Shown one piece after another: positions 38,477 to 48,750 of a stretch of 64,000 nt of DNA. A program made the translations under genes and the position numbers. The notes under the pieces were generated by a model, which saw nothing but the letters and a program-made list of their open reading frames with translations, did no database searches and was not told where the DNA came from. Numbering within the stretch: the first letter of the stretch is position 1; every line of letters begins with the position of its first letter. The DNA comes from Isosphaeraceae bacterium. Lineage in GTDB: Bacteria; Planctomycetota; Planctomycetia; Isosphaerales; Isosphaeraceae. Location of the stretch: assembly GCA_965201075.1 (NCBI GenBank), contig CBDAVP010000016.1:372001-436000 (forward strand), written 5' to 3'.

Positions 38477-38615
38477 CCTCATTTTTTCTTAGCGATGGTT
38501 TTTCCTGGCCGATTCGTTCCCCTCGCGGCCCGTGAGCTCGATTCGCCGTCATCCGGTCCTTGCGGTGTTTCGCTCATCCTTTGATTTTCCTCCTGAGCCA
38601 AGAGGCGTGTTCGCG

Positions 38616-39542
38616 ATGAATTCCCGCGACGTCATCATCGAGACCCGCAACCTCTCGAAAATCTACCGAGACTTCTGGGGTCGGCCCAAGGTCATGGCCC
38701 TCAAAGCGTTGGACCTTCAGGTTCATCGAGGGGAGATTTTCGGGCTGCTGGGCCCCAACGGGTCGGGCAAGACCACCACGATCAAGCTTTTGCTGGGCCT
38801 CCTGTTCCCCACCGAGGGGGATTCGCTGATCTTCGGTCGACCAGCCTCCGACGTTTCCAAGAACGAGCGGATCGGCTACCTGCCCGAGGAGTCGTATCTC
38901 TACAAGTTCCTCAACGCCGAGGAAACGCTCCACTTCTACGGGCGGCTGTTCAAACTGTCCTCGGCCGAGCGTCACAAGCGGGTCAATCGCCTGATCGACA
39001 TGGTGGGGCTCTCGGCGGCCAAGCATCGCCAACTTCGCGAATATTCCAAGGGGATGCAGCGCCGCATTGGGCTGGCCCAGTCGCTGATTAACGATCCCGA
39101 ATTGATCCTGCTGGACGAGCCGACCTCGGGCCTCGACCCGATCGGCACGGCGGAGATCAAGGAGTTGATTCGCGACCTCCGCGATCAGGGCAAGACCATC
39201 GTCCTGTCGGGCCACCTTCTGGCCGACATGCAGGACATTTGCGACCGGATCGCCATCCTGCACCGCGGCGAGTTGAAGGAGATGGGTCAGGTCTCGGACC
39301 TCCTGACCGTGCAGGACATCACGCAGATCAAGACGCGGGAACTACCGGCGGCGGCCCTCTCGGAGATCCGCGACGTGATTGCCCGCCACGGTGGGGAACT
39401 CCTGTCGGTGGACCACCCGACGACGACTTTGGAAGAACTGTTCCTGCGGATCGTGCGCGAAAGCGACCTGCACCCCGGCCGTCGTCGCGTTGCCGCCGAT
39501 CGCACCCCGGCCGAGACCGCGGGCATTCCCAACCAGCCCTGA
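38616..39542 (+). CDS. ABC transporter ATP-binding protein
   Basis: [28 protein letters not shown]-loop. Confidence 0.95.
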   Translation: MNSRDVIIETRNLSKIYRDFWGRPKVMALKALDLQVHRGEIFGLLGPNGSGKTTTIKLLLGLLFPTEGDSLIFGRPASDVSKNERIGYLPEESYLYKFLNAEETLHFYGRLFKLSSAERHKRVNRLIDMVGLSAAKHRQLREYSKGMQRRIGLAQSLINDPELILLDEPTSGLDPIGTAEIKELIRDLRDQGKTIVLSGHLLADMQDICDRIAILHRGELKEMGQVSDLLTVQDITQIKTRELPAAALSEIRDVIARHGGELLSVDHPTTTLEELFLRIVRESDLHPGRRRVAADRTPAETAGIPNQP

Positions 39543-39664
39543 TCCGTCGGCCTGGCCCGACCCGATCCGGCCCGACCCGGTCGCCCAGCGAGGCGCCCGG
39601 GCCCCTCGACGCGTCCGAGACCCGAACGACCTTCAGGACCCGCATCCACCGGAGCCGCCCGCCG

Positions 39665-42202
39665 ATGCCTTTCGTCTCGCTGTGGTCCGCGGCAACCGCG
39701 CCGCTCGCCGCCCCCCCGAACTGGCTCCTCTGGGTCTTCCTGCTGGGTGACCCGTCCCGCACGATCCCCGACGAGTTCCTGACCGACGCGGTCGGCGGCG
39801 GTAGCTTGCCGGCTCCGGGTCTGCCGATGGCCCTGCGCTATGTGGTTTATGGACTGGTCTGGTTGCTGTCGTGGCTCCCCGTCGGTGGTCTGCTGAGCTG
39901 GTTCAAGATCCTGGGACTGCTGTGCCTCCTGGGATGGGTCGGTTCCTGGATCGTCTCCGCCCTGAAGGAGCGAGTTGCCCCCCGGGTGGTGAACGTCTCG
40001 GCTCTGGTCGGGGCGCTGGGGATCATCGCCTCGATCTTGCTCAAGGTGATGCAGGACGAGGGGCGGTTTGCCCCGCCAAAGCTCGGCTCGACCTCGGCCA
40101 CCGAAGCCCTCTGGGTGGCGAGCATGGCGATTTTGCTCGTTTGGGTGATCTGGACGCTGTGGGCGGCGGTGATCCGGTTAGGCAATCGCTATGACGCCTT
40201 GACCCTGCTGGGCACGCACCTGGCCCTGGCCTTTGGGCTCTTCTCCGCGGCGACCCTGGCTCGATCATTCCAGGCCGACCCCGCCGACCCGTACCAGGTG
40301 GCCCTGGGCGCCCGGATCGGAGCGACCTTCATGGGGTTCGTGGTGCTGGCCCGTGTCGGCGGCCTGCTGTTGCGAGAAGTTTGGGCCGTCCGAGGCCGCC
40401 GGCTTTATGCGATCGGCCGGACCACCGTGGTTGAGGCGTATCGGCGGATGTGGGCCCCCTGGGTGGTCCTGGCGGTCTTCCTGGTCGTGCTGGCCTTTAT
40501 CCACTGGTTCCTCCAGGCCCCCCGGTTGGCCGAAACGGGCCGTCTCTTCGTCGGCACCCTGGCGCTGCTCAGCTCGCTCTTGTTGACGGTCATGGTGGTG
40601 ATCCTCACTCCCATTAGCCTGCCCAACGACATCCAGCAGCAGACGATTTACACCGTGGTCTCGAAGCCGGTCCGCCGCCTGGAGTTGGTCTGGGGCCGGA
40701 TGTTCGGCTTCATGGGGTTGGTGACGGTGTTGCTGCTGGTCTTCGGCGGGATCAGCATTGCCTACCTGAACCGGACGGTTTCGACCAAGATCGAGGCCGC
40801 CCGCCTGGCCTCCGACCAGGCTCGCAAGGAAGGCAACCTGGCCCGCGCCAAGGCGCTGGACGAGCAGGCGGAACAACTCCGCACCCGAATGGCCGCCAGA
40901 GAGCCGATCCGCGGCGTCTTGACCTTCATCGACACCCGGGGCGGCACCAAGGAACTGCCGCTGGGGATCAACGTCGGAATGGAGAACCAGTTTCGCAGCC
41001 ACATCGAGGGGGCGACTCAGTCCTTGGCCCGCTGGCGGTTCGGCATCTTGCCCGACCCGTTCCTTCCCCCCGGCGCCGCGTATATCGATCGACGCATCCC
41101 GGTCGACTCGCTGCTGAAACGTGGCTCGCTGGAGGATGTGGAAAACCGACTGGCGTTGGCCAGGGGTTTGGTCCTCTCGTTGAAGACCCAGCAGACCCAG
41201 GCTCGCTCGGCCGACGATACCCGCAAGCTGGCCGACCGGCTGACCCAGGCCAACGAGCGGGTGGCGACTCTTCAGGCCGACCGCGACACCCTGGCCAAAC
41301 GCGACGCCGAGGTGACCGCCCAGCTTCGCTCGGCCGAGGCCTCGCGAGATGAGGCCAAAATCTCGAGCGCCCGGGGCGAGCTTTCCGACCTGCACACCGC
41401 CGACATCCCCCTGGAGATGACGTTCAACATCTTCCGCACGACCAAGGGGAAGGTCCTGGGCGCGCCGGTCCACGCCGAGATCAAGGTCCGTCGCCTCGTC
41501 CCGACCGGAGACCTGGGAGGTACCGAACTGGGCGACCCGCTGGTCAGCCGTCTCGTCGCGATTCGCGAATATTACACCAACAAGGTTCGCATCCCGGCCG
41601 GCGTCCTGGTCGGCTCCCAGGGTTATCTGGCCATCGAGGTGCGCTGTCTGGAGCCGAATCAGTATCTGGGGATGGCTCAGGATGACCTCTACATCCTCTC
41701 CAGTCAGGGTCAGTTCTGGGCCAACTACCTCAAGGGGATGGTCGGGATCTGGCTCCAGGCACTGGTCCTGACGGCCATCGGCGTTTGGGCCGGGACGTTC
41801 CTGAGCTGGCCGGTCGCGCTGTTGATGACCATCTTCTTCTTCGTCGCCGGTCAGGTGGCGTTCGGCTCCTTGCAAGAATTCGCCATGCACACCGGCATTG
41901 GGGGTGGACCATTTGAGTCACTGGTCCGCCTCCTCGGTCACGAAAACATGATGAACCCGCTGGCCGCCACTCCGGGGGTCATGACGGCCAAGGCCCTCGA
42001 CGCGATCGTCATGCCGGTGATGTCCCGCCTGGTCTACATCGTCCCGAACTTTGGCGGCATGGACGTCAGCAACACCGTCGCGGAGGGATTCGCGGTGGAT
42101 TCCCGCCTGCTTCGCGACAACCTGCTGACGGCGCTCGCCTATGCTCTCCCATTCTCCGTCGCCGGTTATTTCATTCTGAAGAATCGCGAGGTGGCCGCAT
42201 GA
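39665..42202 (+). CDS. ABC-2-type permease with extra N-terminal TM region and large extracytoplasmic coiled-coil insert
   Basis: Many TM segments; SLPNDIQQQTIYTVVSKPVRRLELVWGR motif; C-terminal ILKNREVAA. Confidence 0.85.
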   Translation: MPFVSLWSAATAPLAAPPNWLLWVFLLGDPSRTIPDEFLTDAVGGGSLPAPGLPMALRYVVYGLVWLLSWLPVGGLLSWFKILGLLCLLGWVGSWIVSALKERVAPRVVNVSALVGALGIIASILLKVMQDEGRFAPPKLGSTSATEALWVASMAILLVWVIWTLWAAVIRLGNRYDALTLLGTHLALAFGLFSAATLARSFQADPADPYQVALGARIGATFMGFVVLARVGGLLLREVWAVRGRRLYAIGRTTVVEAYRRMWAPWVVLAVFLVVLAFIHWFLQAPRLAETGRLFVGTLALLSSLLLTVMVVILTPISLPNDIQQQTIYTVVSKPVRRLELVWGRMFGFMGLVTVLLLVFGGISIAYLNRTVSTKIEAARLASDQARKEGNLARAKALDEQAEQLRTRMAAREPIRGVLTFIDTRGGTKELPLGINVGMENQFRSHIEGATQSLARWRFGILPDPFLPPGAAYIDRRIPVDSLLKRGSLEDVENRLALARGLVLSLKTQQTQARSADDTRKLADRLTQANERVATLQADRDTLAKRDAEVTAQLRSAEASRDEAKISSARGELSDLHTADIPLEMTFNIFRTTKGKVLGAPVHAEIKVRRLVPTGDLGGTELGDPLVSRLVAIREYYTNKVRIPAGVLVGSQGYLAIEVRCLEPNQYLGMAQDDLYILSSQGQFWANYLKGMVGIWLQALVLTAIGVWAGTFLSWPVALLMTIFFFVAGQVAFGSLQEFAMHTGIGGGPFESLVRLLGHENMMNPLAATPGVMTAKALDAIVMPVMSRLVYIVPNFGGMDVSNTVAEGFAVDSRLLRDNLLTALAYALPFSVAGYFILKNREVAA

Positions 42203-43653
42203 AAGCGTCATCCCCTTACCAGGGTCGTCAGATACTGTACGCCTGCGGGATCCTCGCCCTGTTCGTCGCGATGGTCCCCTATACCCAGTGGCTCAACCGC
42301 CGTCGGGACGCCCAAAATCTCGGCGAGGCCACCATTGGCCAGGTCGACACCGGCAGCTTCATGCTCAAGCTGGCGTTGCTCGGAGGCGCCCGGGGCGTGG
42401 CCGCCAACGTCCTTTGGTCCCGGGCCCTTGATCTTCAAAAGGTCCACGACTGGGATCGCCTGAAACTGACCGTGGACCAGATCACCAAACTCCAGCCCCA
42501 CTTCCTGCGGGTCTGGTCGTGGCAGGGATGGAACCTGGCCTATAACGTGTCGGTCGAGTGGGACGCTCCCGAGGACAAGTACGAGTGGATCAAGCAAGGG
42601 ATCAACTTCCTCAAGGAAGGGGTCCGCAACAATGAGAAATCCCCCGACCTGAGGTGGGACACCGCCTGGACCTGCTTCCAGAAGATCGGCACCGCCGACG
42701 AGGCGATTCTCCTGCGACGCCTCTTCCACGACGACGACGACATCGCCTTTCGGACCTACGTCGACTCCGAAGGGGGAAGCCACACCGTCAACGACAACTA
42801 CATGCTCGCCTTCGGCTGGTTCACCAAGGCGATCGACCTGGTCGATAGCGGAGTCGAGCGCCTGGCCTCGGCCATGGAGGCCCCGGTCGAATACGTTGAC
42901 AAGGCCGAGGATCGCAAGGGGCACGCGGGCGACCTGAACTTCCGGGCCATGCCCGCCTCGGCCCTGACCCGTTACGCCGCGGGGCTGGAGAAGGCCAGCG
43001 TCCTGGACCTGACGCCAACCTTCGGCGAACGGGCCCGCGGTGAGTGGACCCGCGCCAAGAACGCCTGGGTCGCCTTCGGCCTTCACGCCTTCCCAGCCCA
43101 CAACCGCGTCGACCCCAAGGACGTTCAGCAGTACATCTACATCGACGACGCCACCGAACCCGAGCAATACGCCCGACGCCTGGCCTCGCTGAACTACAAC
43201 GAGGGTCAGAAGAACAACCAGTGGTACTGGACTGACCGCTGGGCCGACACGACCCACTTCCGCTACTGGAAAGACCGCTGCCTGGCCGAGATGGAGAAGG
43301 ATGGCGTTGAGTCGCGAAAGCTTTTCTATGACGGCATCCGCGCCTACAAGCAGGCCGACTACCCCACGGCGGTGACCAACTTCCGCAAAGGGCTGGATCT
43401 CTGGCGAGCCGTCCTGGAGAAGCACCCGCTTTACCGAGACGACGACCTCAACAAGTCCGACACCGGCCGGATCGTCCAGCGATACCTCAAGGCCCTGGCC
43501 AACGCCGGCATGGAGCGGCCCAAGGACGTCCCGTTCGAGAAACTCGTCGAAGGGAACCCCGACTTCGTCCCCGACCCCTTCGACCAGACCGACATGCCGG
43601 TGGCCAGCCTCGGCGGCGACACCCCCGACCCGGCAATTCCGGCGTCCAAGTGA
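42199..43653 (+). CDS. Membrane-anchored TPR-like protein co-transcribed with the ABC genes
   Basis: ATGA overlap with the permease; N-terminal TM; GGARGVAANVLW...LQPHFLRVW...WNLAYNVS...GINFLKEGVRNN helical repeats. Confidence 0.8.
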   Translation: MKASSPYQGRQILYACGILALFVAMVPYTQWLNRRRDAQNLGEATIGQVDTGSFMLKLALLGGARGVAANVLWSRALDLQKVHDWDRLKLTVDQITKLQPHFLRVWSWQGWNLAYNVSVEWDAPEDKYEWIKQGINFLKEGVRNNEKSPDLRWDTAWTCFQKIGTADEAILLRRLFHDDDDIAFRTYVDSEGGSHTVNDNYMLAFGWFTKAIDLVDSGVERLASAMEAPVEYVDKAEDRKGHAGDLNFRAMPASALTRYAAGLEKASVLDLTPTFGERARGEWTRAKNAWVAFGLHAFPAHNRVDPKDVQQYIYIDDATEPEQYARRLASLNYNEGQKNNQWYWTDRWADTTHFRYWKDRCLAEMEKDGVESRKLFYDGIRAYKQADYPTAVTNFRKGLDLWRAVLEKHPLYRDDDLNKSDTGRIVQRYLKALANAGMERPKDVPFEKLVEGNPDFVPDPFDQTDMPVASLGGDTPDPAIPASK

Positions 43654-43680
43654 CTCTCGATCGAGACCAACTCCATCCCC

Positions 43681-43720
43681 ACGCCGCCGTCCGGACACAC
43701 CGGGCGGCGGCGTTGGATTT
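43681..43720 (+). terminator. Strong hairpin ending the ABC operon
   Basis: ACGCCGCCGTCCGG-ACACA-CCGGGCGGCGGCGT followed by a weak T-rich tail. Confidence 0.6.
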
Positions 43721-43816
43721 GGGCAAGTGTCGATTCGGATTCTTGCTACAACAGGGTGTTACGACCGGCTTGGCATCGCGGTTGACTTCTCGACGTTCGG
43801 ACGCGGAGGGGCAATC

Positions 43817-44029
43817 ATGAGGATGAGTTGGATCTTCCTCGTCGGTCTGCTCGCCATTCCGACAGTCGCGCTGGTGGTGTACGGTGTCGCCAGCGTCATC
43901 CCGATCCGCTTTCCCCGATCCAAGGTCGGCATCGCCTTGATGGTGATTCTCTACGCGGGAGTGCTAATCGCCTGCGGGCTCGGCCTCCGAGCCTTGATCT
44001 TCCGCAACTTTCCGACCGCCTCCGGCTAA
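43817..44029 (+). CDS. Small two-TM membrane protein
   Basis: GGAGG SD before ATG 43817; 70 aa with two hydrophobic helices. Confidence 0.6.
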   Translation: MRMSWIFLVGLLAIPTVALVVYGVASVIPIRFPRSKVGIALMVILYAGVLIACGLGLRALIFRNFPTASG

Positions 44030-44090
44030 CCCCCGCCCCCCAGCACCCCGAAAGGCTCCGCATCTTCGCGGCGCAGGGAGTTCCCCACCC

Positions 44091-44942
44091 ATGACGATCA
44101 CCGTCGCCACGAGAACGATTCGCGTCGGGCACAGCCCCGATTCCGACGATGCCTTCATGTTCTACGCACTGACCCACGACAAACTTGACACGGGCGAGCT
44201 TCGCTTCGTCCATCAGCTTGAGGACATCGAAACGCTCAATCGACGAGCGCTGAGCGGGGAACTGGAAGTCTCCGCTGTCAGCATCCACGCCTATGCCCAC
44301 CTGTCCGACAAGTACGCGCTTCTGGCCTCGGGTTCGAGCATGGGAGACCACTACGGCCCCAAGATTGTCACCCGCGACCCCGCCACCCTGGACGACTTGA
44401 AGGGGCGGACGATCGCCATCCCCGGCACCCTCACCACCGCCTATCTGACCCTCCAGCTTTGCCTGGGGAAAGACGTCCCGGTGGTCGTGATGCCGTTCGA
44501 CCAGATCCTGCCGGCCGTCGTCGCGGGGAAGGTCGACGCGGGCCTCATCATTCACGAGGGGCAGCTTTACTACGGCGAGAAGGGGCTGCATCAGGTTGTT
44601 GACCTGGGTCAGTGGTGGTTCGAGCAGACGGGACTGCCCCTGCCGCTTGGCGGCAATGTCGTCCGCCGCGACCTGGGTCCCGAACTCGTCGAGCGAGTCG
44701 CGGCGCTTCTGAAGGGTAGCATTCAGTACGCCCTGGACCATCGTCCCGAAGCGCTGGCCTATGCCCTGGAATACGCCCGGGATCTCGACCCGGCCCTCGC
44801 AGATGAGTTCATCGGCATGTATGTCAACGAATGGACCGTCGATTACGGACCGAGGGGTCGCGAGGCCGTCCGCACCCTGCTTGCCCGAGCCTTCGAGGCC
44901 GGCCTGCTGCCCGGGCCCGTGGATGTCCAGTTCGCCGGCTGA
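44091..44942 (+). CDS. mqnD: 1,4-dihydroxy-6-naphthoate synthase (futalosine menaquinone pathway)
   Basis: GHSPDSDDAFMFYAL, DIETLN, YGP, IPGTLTTA, IIHEGQL, LPLPLG, MYVNEWT. Confidence 0.9.
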   Translation: MTITVATRTIRVGHSPDSDDAFMFYALTHDKLDTGELRFVHQLEDIETLNRRALSGELEVSAVSIHAYAHLSDKYALLASGSSMGDHYGPKIVTRDPATLDDLKGRTIAIPGTLTTAYLTLQLCLGKDVPVVVMPFDQILPAVVAGKVDAGLIIHEGQLYYGEKGLHQVVDLGQWWFEQTGLPLPLGGNVVRRDLGPELVERVAALLKGSIQYALDHRPEALAYALEYARDLDPALADEFIGMYVNEWTVDYGPRGREAVRTLLARAFEAGLLPGPVDVQFAG

Positions 44943-44960
44943 TCGATTCCAAGGGATGAA

Positions 44961-46289
44961 TCAGTTCGCCTTCTGCGATCCCAAGGCGGGCGAGGCCGGT
45001 AGATAGTTCCGCAGCCGGAGGGCCTCCGCGTCATCCACGATGAGCGCGCGGCCTTCCCGCTGGGGTACCAGGACATTCCAAAGGCCCCGGACGCTGCCAA
45101 CTTCCACCGGCGCCGAGGCCATAGGCACTCCTCGCTCGCCATCGACAATGACCGCTCCGGCGGGAAATTCGGTCCCGAGGTTCCCCGAACAGCGTAACTT
45201 CCCATCCCCTTGCATCGCGAAGTCCAGGCCAAGCCCCTGGAACGCGACATCCTCGTCGGCGTCGCGGGCCGGCCTCGGGGCGATCCGGAAGTGAAGTTCT
45301 CGTCCCAGGGCTTCCAGCAAGCTCCCGCCGATGACGCCCGGCCCGGCCGACAGGGTTCCATCCGCGCCGATCCATCCAGGCCCCAGCCCCGGGCCTCGCG
45401 ATCCCCATCGGGCCGAGCGGACCTGCAATTTCGCCTCTCCGGAAAGCCGGTGGTCGGGGAATCGCCGGGCGACCAGGGTGGCCAGGTCGACACCCAGCAG
45501 ATCGCCGCGAAACTCCGCCTGCCAGTCCCCCTCACCCACCCGGCTCAACGTCAACGCTCCCCAGACCCGGGCCTCAGCCCCGAACCATTCGGCCGAGGCG
45601 AAGTACGGGTCAAGCACTCTCGCCGGCAGCGGGAGCCCTTCCTTGGACTCGAACGCGACCGTCGACCGATAGGGCCTCGTCGATCGGTCCCGCCGCAAGG
45701 TCACCTCGCAACGAGTGGTCGGCCCCTGACCCAGCATCCGATAGCTCGCGCTCAAGACCGGCGTCCCGCCCTCGACCCGGCAGGTCGCGACGACCTCGCG
45801 GACCGTGAACCCAACCACCGACGGCCCGTCGGTCCCGAGTTCGATTTCGCAAGTCGGGGCCGTTAATGACATCCGGGACCAGGAACCCTCGGCGACCCGG
45901 CCGAGTTGACCCAAAGCGACCTCGACCGCCTGCTTCCCGTTCTCACCCCGAAGCAGGAGATTGCTCGCCTCGACCAGAAATTCGCCGCCGGAGCGATGGA
46001 TCGTGACCCGCTCCGCCCGGGCGACCTCGTGAAAAGTCTTGCCTCGTGGCTCTTCGTGACGGAGCACGATCCCCTGGAGGACATCGACGCCGGGGCTGGG
46101 GTGCCGCACGCTCCTGAGCGACACTTGTAGGCCAAGTTCGCGGCCCAGGCGAACCTCGACGTCGCGGACGTGGCCCGGCCGGTGAACTTGCCAGGCCAGG
46201 CTGGCGACGCAGAGTGTCGGCAGCACGGTCAAAATCACCAGCGCCACCGTCGCCAGGCCCTGGCGGCGGGGTCGGTTCAGGGTCAACAT
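44961..46289 (-). CDS. Hypothetical beta-rich protein with N-terminal membrane anchor (AsmA-like?)
   Basis: TM helix then LGRELGLQVSLRSVRHPSPG..LQGIVL; beta-strand-rich body; downstream of aroC on the same strand. Confidence 0.65.
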   Translation of the reverse strand: MLTLNRPRRQGLATVALVILTVLPTLCVASLAWQVHRPGHVRDVEVRLGRELGLQVSLRSVRHPSPGVDVLQGIVLRHEEPRGKTFHEVARAERVTIHRSGGEFLVEASNLLLRGENGKQAVEVALGQLGRVAEGSWSRMSLTAPTCEIELGTDGPSVVGFTVREVVATCRVEGGTPVLSASYRMLGQGPTTRCEVTLRRDRSTRPYRSTVAFESKEGLPLPARVLDPYFASAEWFGAEARVWGALTLSRVGEGDWQAEFRGDLLGVDLATLVARRFPDHRLSGEAKLQVRSARWGSRGPGLGPGWIGADGTLSAGPGVIGGSLLEALGRELHFRIAPRPARDADEDVAFQGLGLDFAMQGDGKLRCSGNLGTEFPAGAVIVDGERGVPMASAPVEVGSVRGLWNVLVPQREGRALIVDDAEALRLRNYLPASPALGSQKAN

Positions 46290-46338
46290 CCGTGTCTTGC
46301 CTCGAAGGTTGCCCGTGCCGTCTCGGAACGGTGGAGCC

Positions 46339-47502
46339 TCAGTCCCCTCCGCCGCCGCTTCCCCAGCCGCGGAGATGCTCCGAAGCCAAAGCGTGCTGCG
46401 CGTCGATCGACGAGCGAAGGGCGCCGAGACTGGTCCCGACATACTTATCGACGAGGGCCGCGGCGATCTCGAAAGCGACCACGTTCTCCACGATCACGCT
46501 GGCGGCGGGAACCGCGCAAACGTCAGAACGCTCATAAGCGGCGGGCTGGGGAGACTTTGTCGCCATGTGGACCGAGGGGCCCCGCGCCGCGAGGGTGCTG
46601 ATCGGCTTTTTGGCGGCCCTCACCACGATCGGCTCGCCGTTGGACGTCCCCCCCTCGATCCCCCCAGCGTTGTTGCTGGGACGGCGGAACCCAAATCGGC
46701 GATCGTCGGTCGGGTGGTCCGCGTCGTAGGCGATCGGGTCCATCACCCGCGACCCCGGACGCCTCGCGGCCTCGACCCCCAGGCCAATTTCCACCGCCTT
46801 GATCGCCTGGATGCTCATCACCGCCAAAGCCAGCCGGGCATCGAGCTTACGATCCCACTGAGCATGGCTGCCCAGGCCGATCGGGCATCCCGTGACGACC
46901 GCCTCGACAACTCCGCCCAGAGTATCACCGGCCGCCTTGGCCGCGTCGATCGCCGCCACGATCGCCGCGTCCGCCCCGGGGTTCAAGGTATACACGGGAC
47001 TGGCGTCGCGGACCGACTCGTCGAAGCTCAAGGGCGACGCCTCGATTCCTCCCAGTTCGCGAACGAAGCCGAACACCGTGATTTCTAGCTCTCGAAGCAA
47101 GAGTTTCGCCAGTCCGCCAACCGCCACGCGAAGCGCCGTTTCCCGGGCGCTGGCGCGTTCCAACACCTGGCGGATTCCCGTCTGGTAATTGATGGCGCCG
47201 GCCAGGTCGACATGGCCTCCGCGAGGCGCGGCCGGTTCCTTGAGGCGTTCCAGTTTCGCGTCGTTGTTGATCAGGCGAAGGGTGATCGGGGCTCCCGTGG
47301 TGACGCCGTGGTAAACCCCCGAATCGACTGCAACGCGGTCGGTCTCAAGGGTTTGCCGCTTGCCGCGTCCGTATCCCCCCTGCCGTCGCTGGAGTTCGCG
47401 ATCAATCGGCGCGGTGTCCAGGGTGATCCCGGAAGGAAAGCCCTCGACGATGGCGGTCAGGGCCGGGCCGTGGGATTCGCCGGCGGTCAGGTAGCGGAGC
47501 AT
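46339..47502 (-). CDS. aroC: Chorismate synthase
   Basis: TAGESHG, RRQGGYGRG, ERASARETA, GDTLGG, SNNAGGIEGG, KPIST, ERSDVC. Confidence 0.97.
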   Translation of the reverse strand: MLRYLTAGESHGPALTAIVEGFPSGITLDTAPIDRELQRRQGGYGRGKRQTLETDRVAVDSGVYHGVTTGAPITLRLINNDAKLERLKEPAAPRGGHVDLAGAINYQTGIRQVLERASARETALRVAVGGLAKLLLRELEITVFGFVRELGGIEASPLSFDESVRDASPVYTLNPGADAAIVAAIDAAKAAGDTLGGVVEAVVTGCPIGLGSHAQWDRKLDARLALAVMSIQAIKAVEIGLGVEAARRPGSRVMDPIAYDADHPTDDRRFGFRRPSNNAGGIEGGTSNGEPIVVRAAKKPISTLAARGPSVHMATKSPQPAAYERSDVCAVPAASVIVENVVAFEIAAALVDKYVGTSLGALRSSIDAQHALASEHLRGWGSGGGGD

Positions 47503-47503
47503 G

Positions 47504-48403
47504 TCAGGCCCAGGGGGCGGGTTGCCCGGTCAGGATCTCGAAGGCTTGGAGGTACTTTTCGCGGGTTCTCGTGACGACCTCGTCAGGAAGCGTTGGGGGG
47601 GGGCTGGATCGGTCCCAACCCGAGGCGGTCAGCCAGTCGCGGACGTATTGTTTGTCGAACGACGGCTGAGGGCCGCCAGCTTGATAACCCTCGGCCGGCC
47701 AGTAGCGAGAGCTGTCCGGGGTCAGGGCCTCATCGACCAGGAAAACCTCGCGGGCCTTGCGGTCGAGCCCCCACTCGAATTTGGTGTCGGCCAGAATCAG
47801 GCCCCGTTCCCGGCATAGCGCGGCGGCGGCCCGATAGATGTCCAGGCTCGACTCCTTGAGCCCCAGGGCCAGGCCACCGCCGATGCGGTCGGCCATCACG
47901 GCGAGGGAAATGTTCTCGTCGTGACCCGATTCGGCCTTGGTCGCGGGGGTGAAGATCGGCTCGATTTCCTGTGACTCGACGAGGCCGGAGGGCAAATCCT
48001 GGCCGCAAACCGTTCCGTGGCTTTGATATTCGGCCCAGGCGCTGCCGGACAGATAGCCGCGGACGACACACTCGAACGGGACGACCGACGCCTTGCGGAC
48101 GATCATCGACCGGCCGTCCAGGGCGGCCCGGGTCGCCGTCGGCAGTTTCAGGCCGGCGTCGTCGATCCGGTCCGAGATCATGTGGTTGCCGTGGGCCACC
48201 GACGAGCGGAACCACCAGGCCGACAGAGCGGTCAGGATGCGTCCCTTGTCGGGGATTCCCGTGGGAAGCACCCAGTCGAAGGCGCTGATCCGGTCGGTCG
48301 CCACGATCAGGAGCCGGCCGTCTCCCAGGTCGTACACGTCGCGAACCTTGCCGCGACGGACCGGGTGCCCGTCCAGGTTCGATTGGAGGAAGGCAGCGTT
48401 CAA
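47504..48403 (-). CDS. purC: SAICAR synthetase
   Basis: [66 protein letters not shown]; start uncertain (TTG 48403). Confidence 0.95.
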   Translation of the reverse strand: MNAAFLQSNLDGHPVRRGKVRDVYDLGDGRLLIVATDRISAFDWVLPTGIPDKGRILTALSAWWFRSSVAHGNHMISDRIDDAGLKLPTATRAALDGRSMIVRKASVVPFECVVRGYLSGSAWAEYQSHGTVCGQDLPSGLVESQEIEPIFTPATKAESGHDENISLAVMADRIGGGLALGLKESSLDIYRAAAALCRERGLILADTKFEWGLDRKAREVFLVDEALTPDSSRYWPAEGYQAGGPQPSFDKQYVRDWLTASGWDRSSPPPTLPDEVVTRTREKYLQAFEILTGQPAPWA

Positions 48404-48750
48404 ACTGGTCTCACTTCCGCGGCCCGTCGGGGAGGATCGTGAATCGACCAGGCGATTATAACGCGATGGCACAACAGCGTCAGGAGCTTCTCAGCGCCGT
48501 GCGCGGAGACGGAAAATTCGTGACAACTTTCCCCAATTCGATTGCTCACGGGGCGACGGGGAGCCGTACTGGTTATACTTCAAGGCGAGTGTCTGAAGCG
48601 GACGGCTCTCGGCGGAGCCGTTCGGGCCTGCTCAGGGGGGATTTCGTCGTCGCGGGTTGGCGAGGAGACTCGTGGATCCATTGATGACGGGGCGGCAGGC
48701 CGCTCTGGGCCCGGTCGGGGAGGCCGCGCCCGACGGGGGATTTTCAACCA

